A stretch of 64,000 nucleotides of DNA from Ignavibacteriota bacterium (GTDB taxonomy: Bacteria > Bacteroidota > Ignavibacteria > Palsa-1295), in contig CAWBEI010000004.1 in assembly GCA_963787835.1 (NCBI GenBank), forward strand, positions 362,918-426,917. Direction: 5' to 3'. The notes below the pieces were generated by a model, which was not told where the DNA came from, did not search any database, and saw only the letters and a program-made list of their open reading frames with translations. Shown here one piece after another: positions 21,978-31,901 of the stretch (position 1 is the stretch's first letter; every line of letters starts with the position of its first letter). A program made the translations under genes and the position numbers.

Positions 21978-23438
21978 TCATGGTTCAGGCGATTTCCTTG
22001 CTCGCTCTCGTTCCGTCAGCGGATTCTCCCTAAGAATATCATCCTTGATCTTCAATAAATATTCTTTTGCGGCGGCGTAGTCGTTCGGAATGATTCCGTC
22101 CAAAATAGCTTCCTCGATCGCGGTTTTGAGGATGCCGACGGTCTTCGATGGCGGAATGCAGCATATTTCCATGATCTCCTCTCCTCGAACCGGTGATTGA
22201 AAGGCGCGCATCTGGTCCTTCGCTTCGACTTCCGCCATCTTTTCCGCGACGATGTCGTAATTGCGCTGATAGCGGTTTGCAAGCTTTGGATTTTTCGATG
22301 TGATGTCGGCTCGGCAGAGTGTAAGCAGATCGTCAATGTCTTCGCCGGCTTCGAATAGAATGCGGCGGACGGCGGAGTCTGTCACGCCTTCATCGACAAG
22401 TCCCATCGGTCGCATGTGCAGGCGCACCAGCTTAGCAACATACTCGGCAGCATCCATCGGCAGTTTCATACGCCGGAAAATTTTCTGGACCCAGCGCGCG
22501 CCAACGATGTCGTGCCCATAGAACGTCCAGCCGATGCCTTCTCGGAACTCTTTCGTGCGTGGTTTTGCAATGTCATGCAACAGCGCTGCAAAACGCAGCC
22601 AGACGTTATCCGTCATCGCCGCCATGTTATCGACGACTTGCATGGTATGGCGGAATACATCTTTATGTGCATATTCCTGCACGCCAACCGTGCGCAGTTC
22701 CGCGCCGCCCAGTTCATCGACTTCTCGAAAGACAAAGTGCATGAGGCCGGTGTCGCGTAATATATTCAGCCCCACAGATGGTCGCGGGGATCCCATTATC
22801 TTCAGGAACTCATCCGTTATTCGTTCCTGGCTGACGATCGTGATGCGGTCGGCCATGCGTTCCATTGCATCTAATGCGTAGCCATCGACGTGGAAATCAA
22901 GCTGAGCGGCAAAACGCGCGGCGCGCATCATGCGGAGCGGGTCGTCGGAAAATGTTTGCTCCGGGTCGAGCGGTGTGCGGAGGAGGTGTTCCTTAAGATC
23001 GAGCAGTCCATCAAATCGATCGATAAGATCGCCGAAGCTTGTTTGGTTCAACGAGACAGCAAGAGCGTTTATAGTAAAATCACGACGTGCGAGATCGTCT
23101 TCCAGTGTGCCTTCTTCTGTGATCGGATTTCGGCTGTTCGAGCGATAGGATTCCTTCCGCGCTCCAACAAATTCAACAGTATGCTCACCAACTTGAAGCG
23201 CTGCAGTCCGGAATTGTTCATAAACTGCAAGCTTCGCTCCATCGAATTCACTTGCAACAAGAGAAGCAAAGCCAACGCCGTCGCCAATGACCGTGATATC
23301 AATATCTTTGCGGATACCACGATTTAGCAATTCATCGCGCACAAATCCGCCGACGACGTACGCATCCATTTTCACTTCATCGGCAATGGAGCCAATGGCG
23401 AAAAGGATGGGGTCGGTGATGGGGAAGCGTTCTGGCAA
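21978..23438 (-). CDS. cca: CCA tRNA nucleotidyltransferase / poly(A) polymerase family protein with HD domain
   Basis: VVGGFVRD...DIDI, DDLARRDFTINA, DDPLRMMRAARF, ALLHDIAKP. Confidence 0.92.
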   Translation of the reverse strand: MPERFPITDPILFAIGSIADEVKMDAYVVGGFVRDELLNRGIRKDIDITVIGDGVGFASLVASEFDGAKLAVYEQFRTAALQVGEHTVEFVGARKESYRSNSRNPITEEGTLEDDLARRDFTINALAVSLNQTSFGDLIDRFDGLLDLKEHLLRTPLDPEQTFSDDPLRMMRAARFAAQLDFHVDGYALDAMERMADRITIVSQERITDEFLKIMGSPRPSVGLNILRDTGLMHFVFREVDELGGAELRTVGVQEYAHKDVFRHTMQVVDNMAAMTDNVWLRFAALLHDIAKPRTKEFREGIGWTFYGHDIVGARWVQKIFRRMKLPMDAAEYVAKLVRLHMRPMGLVDEGVTDSAVRRILFEAGEDIDDLLTLCRADITSKNPKLANRYQRNYDIVAEKMAEVEAKDQMRAFQSPVRGEEIMEICCIPPSKTVGILKTAIEEAILDGIIPNDYAAAKEYLLKIKDDILRENPLTERERARKSPEP

Positions 23439-23482
23439 TGAATGAATAGAGATATTTATTAATAATAGAAATCTATGCTTTT

Positions 23483-23560
23483 GTCATTCCCGCAAACGCG
23501 GGAGTTCGGTTCAGACTACAACACCCGAAGGGTCTGGATTCCCGCGTTCGCGGGAATGAC
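23483..23560. repeat. Palindromic repeat GTCATTCCCGC...GCGGGAATGAC (family A relative)
   Basis: Terminal inverted repeats with internal hairpins. Confidence 0.85.
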
Positions 23561-23584
23561 AGGGTAATACGACCAATTTCTTCG

Positions 23585-24262
23585 TTACTCTTCCGTATCC
23601 GGTCCTGACTTCTTATTCCAAGTTACGATATAGCCATCGTTGCGGATGAGCGTGTGCATGGTTTCGAGTTCCTGGATCTTTGGGAGCAACTGCGCGAGGA
23701 ATTTGTGGAGCATTTCTAATCGCTCGTTCTCACTGGTGATACTGAGCAGCGCCTGACGCTGCGGAGCTTCCAACCCGGATTTTTGTGCGATCTTGAAGGA
23801 TGGGAACCTATCCTCCGCATTCCACAGCTTTTCATCGAGCGGATCGATCACGCCTTTGTAGGCGATCTCTGCAAGTTCATTAAAAAGATGGATGGTTTTG
23901 CCGGCCAGCTCCATATCGCGTTCTTCGGGTTCATCATCCAACCAGCGGACGGTTGCGAAGGAAATTTCGCCTGGACCATTCTGCTCGAATTCGAGCACTT
24001 CGTACCGGCTTTCGCCTTCGGTCACAATATCGATCTCGCCATCGGGATGGCGTTCGATCACTTCGACCACGCGTGCCGAGCAACCTACAGCATGAAGCCT
24101 ATCACCTTCGACATAATTAATACCGAACGATGATTTATCCTCTATTGCTTCGTTAATAAGCTTTTTGTAGCGATCTTCGAAAATATGCAGGGGAATACGG
24201 CTCTCAGGAAAGAGCACGACCCCAAGTGGAAAGACGGGAATACGAGTGCGTGTGTGTGTCAC
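23585..24262 (-). CDS. Lon peptidase substrate-binding domain protein
   Basis: IPVFPLGVVLFPESRIPLHIFEDRYK. Confidence 0.9.
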   Translation of the reverse strand: MTHTRTRIPVFPLGVVLFPESRIPLHIFEDRYKKLINEAIEDKSSFGINYVEGDRLHAVGCSARVVEVIERHPDGEIDIVTEGESRYEVLEFEQNGPGEISFATVRWLDDEPEERDMELAGKTIHLFNELAEIAYKGVIDPLDEKLWNAEDRFPSFKIAQKSGLEAPQRQALLSITSENERLEMLHKFLAQLLPKIQELETMHTLIRNDGYIVTWNKKSGPDTEE

Positions 24263-24281
24263 CTTACAAAACTACGAAAAC

Positions 24282-24485
24282 TTATCGGACATCCTGCCAA
24301 AGTTCATACCAGGCCATTTGGATCGCTTCAAGCTTTTGCTCGTTCGAAGTATGAATGTCATCTTCGAATTCAGGAAGTTCACTGATCCAATTACGCAGAT
24401 CGGTAAAACGAACGGTCAGAGGATCCACGCCCGGATGCGCTTCCATCAAAGTCTCCGCAATATCTTCTCGGTCAGACCAGGTCAT
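24282..24485 (-). CDS. iscX: Fe-S assembly protein IscX
   Basis: W..D...IAETL.EAHP..DPLTVRFTDLRNWI.ELPEFEDD...NEQKLEAIQMAW. Confidence 0.95.
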   Translation of the reverse strand: MTWSDREDIAETLMEAHPGVDPLTVRFTDLRNWISELPEFEDDIHTSNEQKLEAIQMAWYELWQDVR

Positions 24486-24532
24486 AATAGCGTCCCCACA
24501 TTCTTAATTATTAATTCTCAATTTTTAATTGA

Positions 24533-24868
24533 TTAATGTGCGCCTTCGTGAAATAACTTTGCGATCGCAGGATTAAGCTGTGGGATCTCGACGATATAAT
24601 CCGCATCATCCTGGATCTTGCACTGGCAGCCGAGCCGTGAATCCAGCGCAAGGCCTTCGGCCTCATCCAACTGATCGGCCTCGTCATCTTCCATTTCCGG
24701 AAGGAGATCCATGCCTTGCTTTACCTTCACATGGCATGTAGAACACGCGCACACGCCGCCGCAGTTGTGCTGCAGATCGATGTGATGCGCGAGCGCAACG
24801 TCTAAGAAGCTCTCACCGATGAGAGCTTCGCACGTGACGTTCATGGGAAGGAAAGTTACTCTGGGCAA
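24533..24868 (-). CDS. fdx: ISC-type 2Fe-2S ferredoxin
   Basis: HNCGGVCACSTCHV...SRLGCQ. Confidence 0.93.
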   Translation of the reverse strand: MPRVTFLPMNVTCEALIGESFLDVALAHHIDLQHNCGGVCACSTCHVKVKQGMDLLPEMEDDEADQLDEAEGLALDSRLGCQCKIQDDADYIVEIPQLNPAIAKLFHEGAH

Positions 24869-24962
24869 TTATGAAGTATGAAGTATGAAGTATGAACAAG
24901 GAATGATGATCGGGTGATTGGTAGTATCTCCTTCATCATTCCTCATTCATAATTCATCATTG
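24869..24962. repeat. Heptamer repeats (TATGAAG)n with a loosely inverted partner tract
   Basis: tatgaag x3 plus tatgaac, then cttcatcattcctcattcataattcatcat. Confidence 0.7.
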
Positions 24963-24963
24963 C

Positions 24964-25608
24964 CTATCGGGCAATATAGTTCAAAAAACGTTCGTTGATG
25001 CGGCCCCAGTGCAGGCCATTGATAAAGTTATCGATGTATGCTGCGCGCTTTGGGCCATCCTTATGATAGTATGCGTGTTCGAACACGTCGCATGCCACGA
25101 GGGGGATCGCTCCCCAGACCGCGCCATAATGATGCTCATCGACAAGCACATTTTTTAGCTGACCGGAGCCAAGTGTGTCGAATACGAGCAATCCCCATCC
25201 GGAAAGTTTTGCTGCAAGCGAGGTTGCTTTGAAATCGGTTTTCCATTCTTCGAACGAGCCGAAATCCTGAGCGATCTGCTCGTGAATTTCGACTGCGGAT
25301 GCTGGTTCGCCATCGCCGCCGAGACACTCCCAATAGACATCGTGAAGAATCGTGCCGGAATGATTCCACGTCCAGCGGCGCTTGAGTTCTCCGAATGCGG
25401 AGTAATTGCCGTTCGCTTTTGAGGCATCGGCATCGACGAGCGATTTCTCGATCTCGTTCAGTTTATCGACATAGCCTTTGTGGTGCGTATTGTAATGCCA
25501 ATCGGATGTTTCGGCGTCCATTACTTTTGCAAGAATGGTTTTCGCGTCTTCGTCCGAATAGGGGCGCTTCTTCAGTGAGAATTCAGTTGCTTTCATGTGT
25601 GTAAACAA
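24964..25608 (-). CDS. Fe/Mn superoxide dismutase family protein
   Basis: HYNTHHKGYV, NHSGTILHDVYW, DVFEHAYY; start may be the ATG near 25596. Confidence 0.9.
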   Translation of the reverse strand: MFTHMKATEFSLKKRPYSDEDAKTILAKVMDAETSDWHYNTHHKGYVDKLNEIEKSLVDADASKANGNYSAFGELKRRWTWNHSGTILHDVYWECLGGDGEPASAVEIHEQIAQDFGSFEEWKTDFKATSLAAKLSGWGLLVFDTLGSGQLKNVLVDEHHYGAVWGAIPLVACDVFEHAYYHKDGPKRAAYIDNFINGLHWGRINERFLNYIAR

Positions 25609-25616
25609 ATAAATGG

Positions 25617-25686
25617 TGTAGCCGTGACCTTTAGGTCACGGTGTAGTAATTACGCTTTGCGACCGTGACCTAAAGGTCACGGCTAC
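25617..25686. repeat. GTAG-family REP doublet (REPIN-like)
   Basis: TGTAGCCGTGACCTTTAGGTCACGGT...ACCGTGACCTAAAGGTCACGGCTACA. Confidence 0.88.
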
Positions 25687-25692
25687 AAAAAT

Positions 25693-27588
25693 TCATACTT
25701 GTTCGACTGTCTTTCCTTCGAGCGCTTCGGCGAGGCTTGCATTCATGATCTCATGTGCGAGCGGCTCGGTTGCGCGTTCGAGTAGTTCTTGTTGCTTTAG
25801 GATGTTCGATGCATCGTCGCTCGCGGCAGCGCGGCGCAGTGCGTAGAGTGCGTCGATGACATCGCCGACGTTGATCGTTTTAAGCTTTGCTTGCGAAATT
25901 GCAAGCTGACCGCGCCGAAGTTGCCCAAGAACTTTTTCCGTAGCAGCGAGGATGCGCTGTGCTTCTGTTTTTGCTTCGGCCAAACGGCGTGCGGCAATAT
26001 CGGCGGGAGCGTGCTCCACAGCATCCCGCAGCATTTGTGTGATCTCTTCTTCCGATAATCCATAGGAAGGTTTGACCTCCACTTGCTGCTCGGTTCCGGT
26101 GTGTGCCTCCCGAGCATGAACCTGCAAAATTCCATCGGCATCGATGAGAAATGATACATCCACTTTTGCCGCGCCAGCAGGAAGTGGGGGAATGCCCTTT
26201 AGCGTGAACGATGCGAGATGACGATTGTCCTTCACGAAATCCCGCTCGCCCTGAAATACATTGATTTCCACACCCGTCTGATTATCGACGAACGTGGTGT
26301 AGGTTTCGGTAACTTTTGTCGGAATGGTCGAATTTCTGGGAATGATCGTGCTCATCATTCCGCCCATCGTTTCAATGCCGAGCGAGAGGGGAGTGACATC
26401 GAGGAGCAGGATATTTTTTGTCACACCAGCGAGAATATCTGCTTGTATGGCTGCGCCAAGTGCGACCGTTTCATCGGGATTTAATTCATCATGCGGCTTG
26501 CGTTTGAAAATATCTTTGACAAGGGCTTTTACCATCGGCATGCGCGTTGCGCCGCCGACGAGCACCACTTCATCGATATCACCAACATCGAGCTTTGCAT
26601 CGGTGAGCGCATCTTCGCATGGTTTGCGGGTGCGCTCGATGATGCTTTTTGCGACGCGCTCGAATTCCGGCAGCGTAAGGTTCCGCTTGTAACTGATGCC
26701 GGATTCCGGCAATTCAATTTCTACCATTACGTGCGATCTTGTAGAAAGGTCAACTTTTGCTCGCTCTGCAATTTGGCGAATCTTTTGCAGTTGCTCCGGA
26801 GTCGGCACGAAGGAGGGTGTCATGTGCTGGATCTGAGAGATGAACAGTTCCATAAGCCGGCGGTCAATGTCGTCGCCGCCCAAATACGTATCGCCGTTCG
26901 TTGAAAGCACTTCGAAGATGCCGTTCTTGATCTTCAGAATGGAAATATCGAAGGTTCCACCACCAAGGTCATAAACGGCGACTGTTCCTTCTTTCGTCTT
27001 GTCAAGTCCGTATGCAAGCGCGGCAGCCGTTGGCTCGCTGATGATGCGAAGCACATCGAGCCCTGCGAGGCGTCCGGCATCCTTTGTGGCATGGCGCTGT
27101 GCATCGTTAAAATACGCAGGAACCGTGATCACGGCACGTGTTACCGGCTCATCGAAAAATACTTCTGCGCGCCGCTTCAACTCGATAAGCACATAGCTGG
27201 AAAGCTCGATAGGAGTATAAACCTGCTTGCCGATCTGAATGCGTACGAGACCTTCATCGGCAGGAACGAGCCGGTATCCCAACATGGCGGATTCTTTCCT
27301 GACATCCTGATAGGATTTTCCCATCAGCCGCTTAACGGAATACACCGTATGCTGTGCATCCTGCATAGAACGCTCGCGCGCTTTCTGGCCGATGGCAACG
27401 ACATCTCCATGGTCGTTCAGTGTAACGACCGATGGAACCAGTTTACCATCGGTTCCCTCGATTATTTTCGCCACACCATGATCGACGTACGCCACGAGCG
27501 AGTTTGTGGTACCGAGATCGATCCCGATCACGCGGCCTTCGGTGGCGTGGCCATTACTTTGTCCCGGCAATGTGATATTAAGCGGCAT
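25693..27588 (-). CDS. hscA: Fe-S assembly chaperone HscA (Hsp70)
   Basis: [34 protein letters not shown] (HscA-type); isc context. Confidence 0.93.
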   Translation of the reverse strand: MPLNITLPGQSNGHATEGRVIGIDLGTTNSLVAYVDHGVAKIIEGTDGKLVPSVVTLNDHGDVVAIGQKARERSMQDAQHTVYSVKRLMGKSYQDVRKESAMLGYRLVPADEGLVRIQIGKQVYTPIELSSYVLIELKRRAEVFFDEPVTRAVITVPAYFNDAQRHATKDAGRLAGLDVLRIISEPTAAALAYGLDKTKEGTVAVYDLGGGTFDISILKIKNGIFEVLSTNGDTYLGGDDIDRRLMELFISQIQHMTPSFVPTPEQLQKIRQIAERAKVDLSTRSHVMVEIELPESGISYKRNLTLPEFERVAKSIIERTRKPCEDALTDAKLDVGDIDEVVLVGGATRMPMVKALVKDIFKRKPHDELNPDETVALGAAIQADILAGVTKNILLLDVTPLSLGIETMGGMMSTIIPRNSTIPTKVTETYTTFVDNQTGVEINVFQGERDFVKDNRHLASFTLKGIPPLPAGAAKVDVSFLIDADGILQVHAREAHTGTEQQVEVKPSYGLSEEEITQMLRDAVEHAPADIAARRLAEAKTEAQRILAATEKVLGQLRRGQLAISQAKLKTINVGDVIDALYALRRAAASDDASNILKQQELLERATEPLAHEIMNASLAEALEGKTVEQV

Positions 27589-27611
27589 TAAATAGGCAAA
27601 TTTTGGGGCTT

Positions 27612-27740
27612 GTCATTGCGAGGAGAATCCTGCGACCAACGGGAGCAGGATTCGACGAAGCAATCTCTTGCAGTAACAGACGAGATTGCTTCGTCGAGAA
27701 CGAAACGGCAATCGCCGTTTCGTTCTCTCCTCGCAATGAC
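27612..27740 (+). repeat. Family A palindromic repeat copy 2
   Basis: Same termini and core as 21842. Confidence 0.9.
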
Positions 27741-27762
27741 GTGATACGGAATAGAGTTCATA

Positions 27763-28344
27763 TTAATAAAGCTCCGGGAATAAGCGTCGTTCGGCGCACT
27801 CGATGGCAATGTGGATGATCTTGATGTGCAATTCCTGAATCCGGTCGCTGGTGTCACCGGGAACGATGATTGGAATGTCGCACAGCGATTTAATTCCACC
27901 CCCGCCTTTGCCAAGCAACCCGACGACTTTCATTCCTTTTCGCTTTGCTGCTTCCGCAGCTAAGATCAAATTTTTACTATTTCCAGAAGTGGTGATTGCA
28001 ATGAACACATCTCCCGGCGCACCGAAGGCATCGACCATCCGCTCGAATACATGCTCGAAACCGTAGTCATTTGAAGTGCAAGTGATATGCGACGAATCTG
28101 AGAACGCCAGTGCAGGCATCGGCTTGCGGTCCTTGCGATAGCGGCCCGTCCACTCTTCAGCAAAGTGCATGGCGTCGCAGTGGCTTCCACCATTACCGGC
28201 GGAATACACTTTATGTCCGCTTTCGAACGTGCTAATTAAAAGTTCACTAAAATCTTGGATGCCGCGTAAGGTCGCTTCATTCGATATGAGTTCATCGATC
28301 GCGTTGCGCGCGGTGGAAAAGAAAGAGAGGATTTCTTCGTGCAT
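27763..28344 (-). CDS. gmhA: Phosphoheptose isomerase GmhA (SIS domain)
   Basis: GNGGSHCDAMHFAEE, SNDYGF, TTSGNS, SDRIQELHI. Confidence 0.92.
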   Translation of the reverse strand: MHEEILSFFSTARNAIDELISNEATLRGIQDFSELLISTFESGHKVYSAGNGGSHCDAMHFAEEWTGRYRKDRKPMPALAFSDSSHITCTSNDYGFEHVFERMVDAFGAPGDVFIAITTSGNSKNLILAAEAAKRKGMKVVGLLGKGGGGIKSLCDIPIIVPGDTSDRIQELHIKIIHIAIECAERRLFPELY

Positions 28345-28907
28345 TATTTAACGATAAGAGACCGGTCAAAGGAAGCGAGAATATCGGGAAGCATGGCCGT
28401 CACTGCTTTTCGGTATTCGGGTTGGTAGCGAAGGCTGATCTCATACACACCATTGCTCGTCAGAATACCCCTTGCATACCAGAATATTTTTTGTTCCTTA
28501 CCATTTTGATCGAAACTATCGTCGTCAAAAGTTCTGGAGGAAACGTCATAGAACGTATTCGTTATTCGTTTCGACTCGATCCTGGTATCCTCCTGGTGTT
28601 TGAGATCGTTCACGAGCACGGTATATCGTTTGTGCAGGACGTCGGAGCTACCGACGCCCACGCGTGATACAAACAGTAGAATGCCAATTGTGTGAGTATC
28701 CGCAGGTTGATATTGGACCGTTGCCGAATTTGGCATGGTTCCCATCGTAAAAAAATCAGGTAGCGAGATACTGAATCCCATCGGATTCGAGTACGAGCGC
28801 CATGTGCGCTGGGCAGAGTTCACTAATTCGTCAGGGCCTTGTGCGTATCCGGTTGTTGACAAAAGGATTATTGCCGCGCATGAAAGTGCCAAATACCTGA
28901 ACTTCAT
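28344..28907 (-). CDS. Exported hypothetical protein (possible PsbP/Mog1-like fold)
   Basis: MKFRYLAL... signal peptide ending AQ; WRSYSNPMGFSISLP motif. Confidence 0.6.
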   Translation of the reverse strand: MKFRYLALSCAAIILLSTTGYAQGPDELVNSAQRTWRSYSNPMGFSISLPDFFTMGTMPNSATVQYQPADTHTIGILLFVSRVGVGSSDVLHKRYTVLVNDLKHQEDTRIESKRITNTFYDVSSRTFDDDSFDQNGKEQKIFWYARGILTSNGVYEISLRYQPEYRKAVTAMLPDILASFDRSLIVK

Positions 28908-28908
28908 G

Positions 28909-29505
28909 TTAATGTTGAATAAACGCTGGTTTGCCTTGCCGTGCGGCACTCACAGAAATGCGGAGGGTTTCGAGATAGGCGCGTTCGCTCATGAGTTGTG
29001 CGATGCGCCCAAGTTCCTCCTGCTCTTCTTTGGAAAGCTCGCCGGACTCGTTCGGATGCATACGGGAGTCCCATTTTCGCGCAATGCGCTCGCGTTCTTC
29101 ATCGATGGCTTCGCGTTGGCCTTCTAATTCTTCGACGATGGCATATAGCTCACGCATCACCTTCTCTTTATCGCGTTGGCTGGTTGCCATTTCAAGATCG
29201 GCGATCTTTTCCTGCGCTTCCATCACGGTCACCAGCAGGCCGGGCGGAACGCTTTTTTGATCGGAGATCGGGAAGCCATAGAGTTCCACTACGTGCTTGG
29301 CACGAGGGATGGGTTCCCGCAGCGTGCGGTAAGCGGCATTGATGTCACTGGATTCCGCAAGCGCGCGATCGCGGCGTACTTCTTCGGCCGTCACATGCCG
29401 ATCCGGATGGGACTGCAATTGCAGTTCGTGAAAGCGCTTTTCGAGCGCCTCACGGTTCACCGCAAACGTGCGATCGATTCCGAATCGACAAAAGTGGTCG
29501 GTCAT
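28909..29505 (-). CDS. hscB: Co-chaperone HscB
   Basis: J-domain HPD motif, INAAYRTLREP, isc context. Confidence 0.93.
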   Translation of the reverse strand: MTDHFCRFGIDRTFAVNREALEKRFHELQLQSHPDRHVTAEEVRRDRALAESSDINAAYRTLREPIPRAKHVVELYGFPISDQKSVPPGLLVTVMEAQEKIADLEMATSQRDKEKVMRELYAIVEELEGQREAIDEERERIARKWDSRMHPNESGELSKEEQEELGRIAQLMSERAYLETLRISVSAARQGKPAFIQH

Positions 29506-29507
29506 GG

Positions 29508-29582
29508 GTAGCCGTAACCTTTAGGTTACGGTGTGAATGTGTGAAAGACGCTCCGCGACCGTGACTTAAAAGTCACGGCTAC
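29508..29582. repeat. GTAG-family REP doublet copy 2
   Basis: GTAGCCGTAACCTTTAGGTTACGGT...ACCGTGACTTAAAAGTCACGGCTAC. Confidence 0.85.
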
Positions 29583-29603
29583 AAGGTTACGTCGCGATAC
29601 TCC

Positions 29604-30002
29604 TTACGCTGTAAACGAACTTCCGCAGCCGCAGGTCTTGGTGGCGTTCGGGTTGTTGAACACGAAGCCGCGTCCGTTGAGGCCATCGGTGAAATCGAGC
29701 TCGGTTCCCGAAAGATAGAACAGCGATTTGGTATCGACGAACATGCGGATTCCATCCTTGATAAGGATTTTATCGTTCTCGCGCTGTTCGGCGTCGAAGC
29801 CAAGCGAATAGGATAACCCGGAGCATCCGCCGCCCTTCACGCCAACGCGCAGGCCATAGGTCTCTGGGATCTTATTTGCTTCCATGATCTTTCGTACCTC
29901 GCTTACGGCCTTATCGGTGAGCGAGATCTCGTTATCGAGATCGGTGAACGCTTGTTCGACGGTCGTTTCCTCTAACGAGGGCATTTCCATTACTTCTGTC
30001 AT
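29604..30002 (-). CDS. iscA: A-type Fe-S carrier IscA
   Basis: GGGCSGLSY, FNNPNA..TCGCGSSF. Confidence 0.93.
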   Translation of the reverse strand: MTEVMEMPSLEETTVEQAFTDLDNEISLTDKAVSEVRKIMEANKIPETYGLRVGVKGGGCSGLSYSLGFDAEQRENDKILIKDGIRMFVDTKSLFYLSGTELDFTDGLNGRGFVFNNPNATKTCGCGSSFTA

Positions 30003-30129
30003 AGTTGTATTCTAAAAAAGAACCTGGATTACGCGGATTGGATGGATGTGCAGGATAGGTCCTGCTTATTCCACATTTGCTATAATCTTAGTTCCGTTGT
30101 GTATTAAATGAGTTAAAAAATTTATTGAT

Positions 30130-30245
30130 GTCATTGCGAGGAGATTAAAGCGACCGGAGGGAGCTTTAATCGACGAAGCAATCTCTGGCTGTTAATTGCC
30201 ACGCTGAGATTGCTTCGTCGTCCCTCCGGGACTCCTCGCAATGAC
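30130..30245 (+). repeat. Family A palindromic repeat copy 3
   Basis: Same termini and core. Confidence 0.9.
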
Positions 30246-30253
30246 GTGTGAAA

Positions 30254-30664
30254 TCAAGCAGCAGCTAATTCAAGTTCTGCCGCCGCACGTTTCTTTTTAA
30301 AATCTTCGATGGCGGCTTTGATCGCGTCCTCGGCTAATACCGAGCAGTGGATCTTCACCGGCGGCAGATTGAGTTCCTGCACGATCGTGGTGTTCTTGAT
30401 CGCGTAGGCTTCATCCACCGTTTTGCCTTTGATCATTTCGGTTGCGAACGAGCTCGATGCGATCGCGCTGCCGCAGCCGAAGGTTTTGAACTTTGCATCT
30501 TCGATCACGCCCGTTTCCGGATTGATTTTCAGTTGCAGGCGCATGACGTCGCCGCATTCCGGCGCGCCGACAAGGCCGGTGCCCACGTTTACGTCCTTCG
30601 CGTCCAGCGTGCCAACGTTGCGCGGGTGCTGATAATGCTCGATTACTTTGTCTGAGTATGCCAT
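30254..30664 (-). CDS. iscU: Fe-S scaffold IscU
   Basis: YSDKVIEHY..PRNVG, GAPECGDVM, FKTFGCGSAIASS, LPPVKIHCS. Confidence 0.97.
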   Translation of the reverse strand: MAYSDKVIEHYQHPRNVGTLDAKDVNVGTGLVGAPECGDVMRLQLKINPETGVIEDAKFKTFGCGSAIASSSFATEMIKGKTVDEAYAIKNTTIVQELNLPPVKIHCSVLAEDAIKAAIEDFKKKRAAAELELAAA

Positions 30665-30682
30665 AATGTTGTCCTTAATAAC

Positions 30683-30825
30683 GTCATTGCGAGGAGCATG
30701 ATTCGACCGGAGGGAGAATTATGCGACGAAGCAATCTCATGCAGTTACCCTCACGGTTGAACGATCGAGATTGCTTCGTCGAGAATGAATCGGCTATCGC
30801 CGACTCATTCTCTCCTCGCAATGAC
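30683..30825 (+). repeat. Family A palindromic repeat copy 4
   Basis: Same termini and core. Confidence 0.9.
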
Positions 30826-30838
30826 GGTTCAAAAATTT

Positions 30839-31435
30839 TCAATTCTTTTTCATCCACGGTGGCGGAGCGATCTTTGGTTTTTCGCTCGCGGCCTCCGTTG
30901 GTTTTTCTTCAGTTGACTTCTGCGGATTGCGAACCTGATACTCTCGCTCGTGCGGAAGGAACGGCCTGCCATCCAAATGTCCCGGCTCCGCATTTTTCGG
31001 CGGAGCGATCGGGAGTGCAAAATTTGCAATGCGCGATTCTTCTCGCTTTACCTCTTCGGTTTTTGGTGCTGGCGGTGCTTCTGCTACGATCGGTTCGACC
31101 GCTTCACCCGGAAGCGGTGTACCGTTTAGGGTAAGCATCGCGTACGTGCCATCTTTCGGTGTCATCCAGGCTGGGCCTTCGAGGCGATAGGCTTGGTTGT
31201 TCACCTCGCGCAAAACGCCTTGCTGAGTATAAAGTTGTACGATCTCTTTGGCCATTCGTTCCGCTTCGGGAAGCGAGACCTGCTCGTGCTCGACCGATTC
31301 GAAATAATCATGCACCGCATGTTGAATGTCCCGAAAAAACAAATTTGACTTATGAAATACCGGCTTCCGAGTCTGCCGCATAAAGCCAAGCAGCACCTCG
31401 GGGTTACCGAAATATTTTTCAATATTCACCTTCAT
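30839..31435 (-). CDS. Hypothetical protein between iscS and iscU (helical/winged-helix-like N-domain plus Pro/Glu-rich tail)
   Basis: 198 aa, host-like GC, GTG start overlapping the upstream stop. Confidence 0.7.
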   Translation of the reverse strand: MKVNIEKYFGNPEVLLGFMRQTRKPVFHKSNLFFRDIQHAVHDYFESVEHEQVSLPEAERMAKEIVQLYTQQGVLREVNNQAYRLEGPAWMTPKDGTYAMLTLNGTPLPGEAVEPIVAEAPPAPKTEEVKREESRIANFALPIAPPKNAEPGHLDGRPFLPHEREYQVRNPQKSTEEKPTEAASEKPKIAPPPWMKKN

Positions 31436-31893
31436 TCTGCAGTTTCTAATCTATTTTGATGCGTCTTGCGAAAATTTAGCCAAATTTGCCAGACTACCAA
31501 ACCGGCTCCAAGTATGATGTAAAAAATTGAAAAGTCCATAATGTCCTTAACGCCCTTATTAATATGATTAATATGCCTACTAGGATAAGTCGCGGTTTCA
31601 ACTAAAATCCAGCCCCAGAATAAAAAATAAAATATCGTCTGAGCGATAGCAGTCTGTCGTTGCTGATTTTTACCCGTCAGCTTTAAGTACGTCTTAAAGA
31701 GACTAAGAAAAATTAAAAAGCATACCAAAAAACCAAAGAATAATAATAAAATGAAAATTAAATCGTTAAGCATCAAGCGGAGATCAGCGTTCCCATTACG
31801 GATGGCGCTAAAAATACAAACGAGAATACAAAAAAACGAAGGTGTTCCTCGAGGATATTTTTTTGTAATATCTTTTATATTTTCATACTTCAT
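31432..31893 (-). CDS. AT-rich hypothetical 4-TM membrane protein
   Basis: Four hydrophobic segments; GGGGGA SD-like sequence before the ATG at 31893; much lower GC than neighbours. Confidence 0.6.
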   Translation of the reverse strand: MKYENIKDITKKYPRGTPSFFCILVCIFSAIRNGNADLRLMLNDLIFILLLFFGFLVCFLIFLSLFKTYLKLTGKNQQRQTAIAQTIFYFLFWGWILVETATYPSRHINHINKGVKDIMDFSIFYIILGAGLVVWQIWLNFRKTHQNRLETAE

Positions 31894-31901
31894 AATTCCC
31901 C

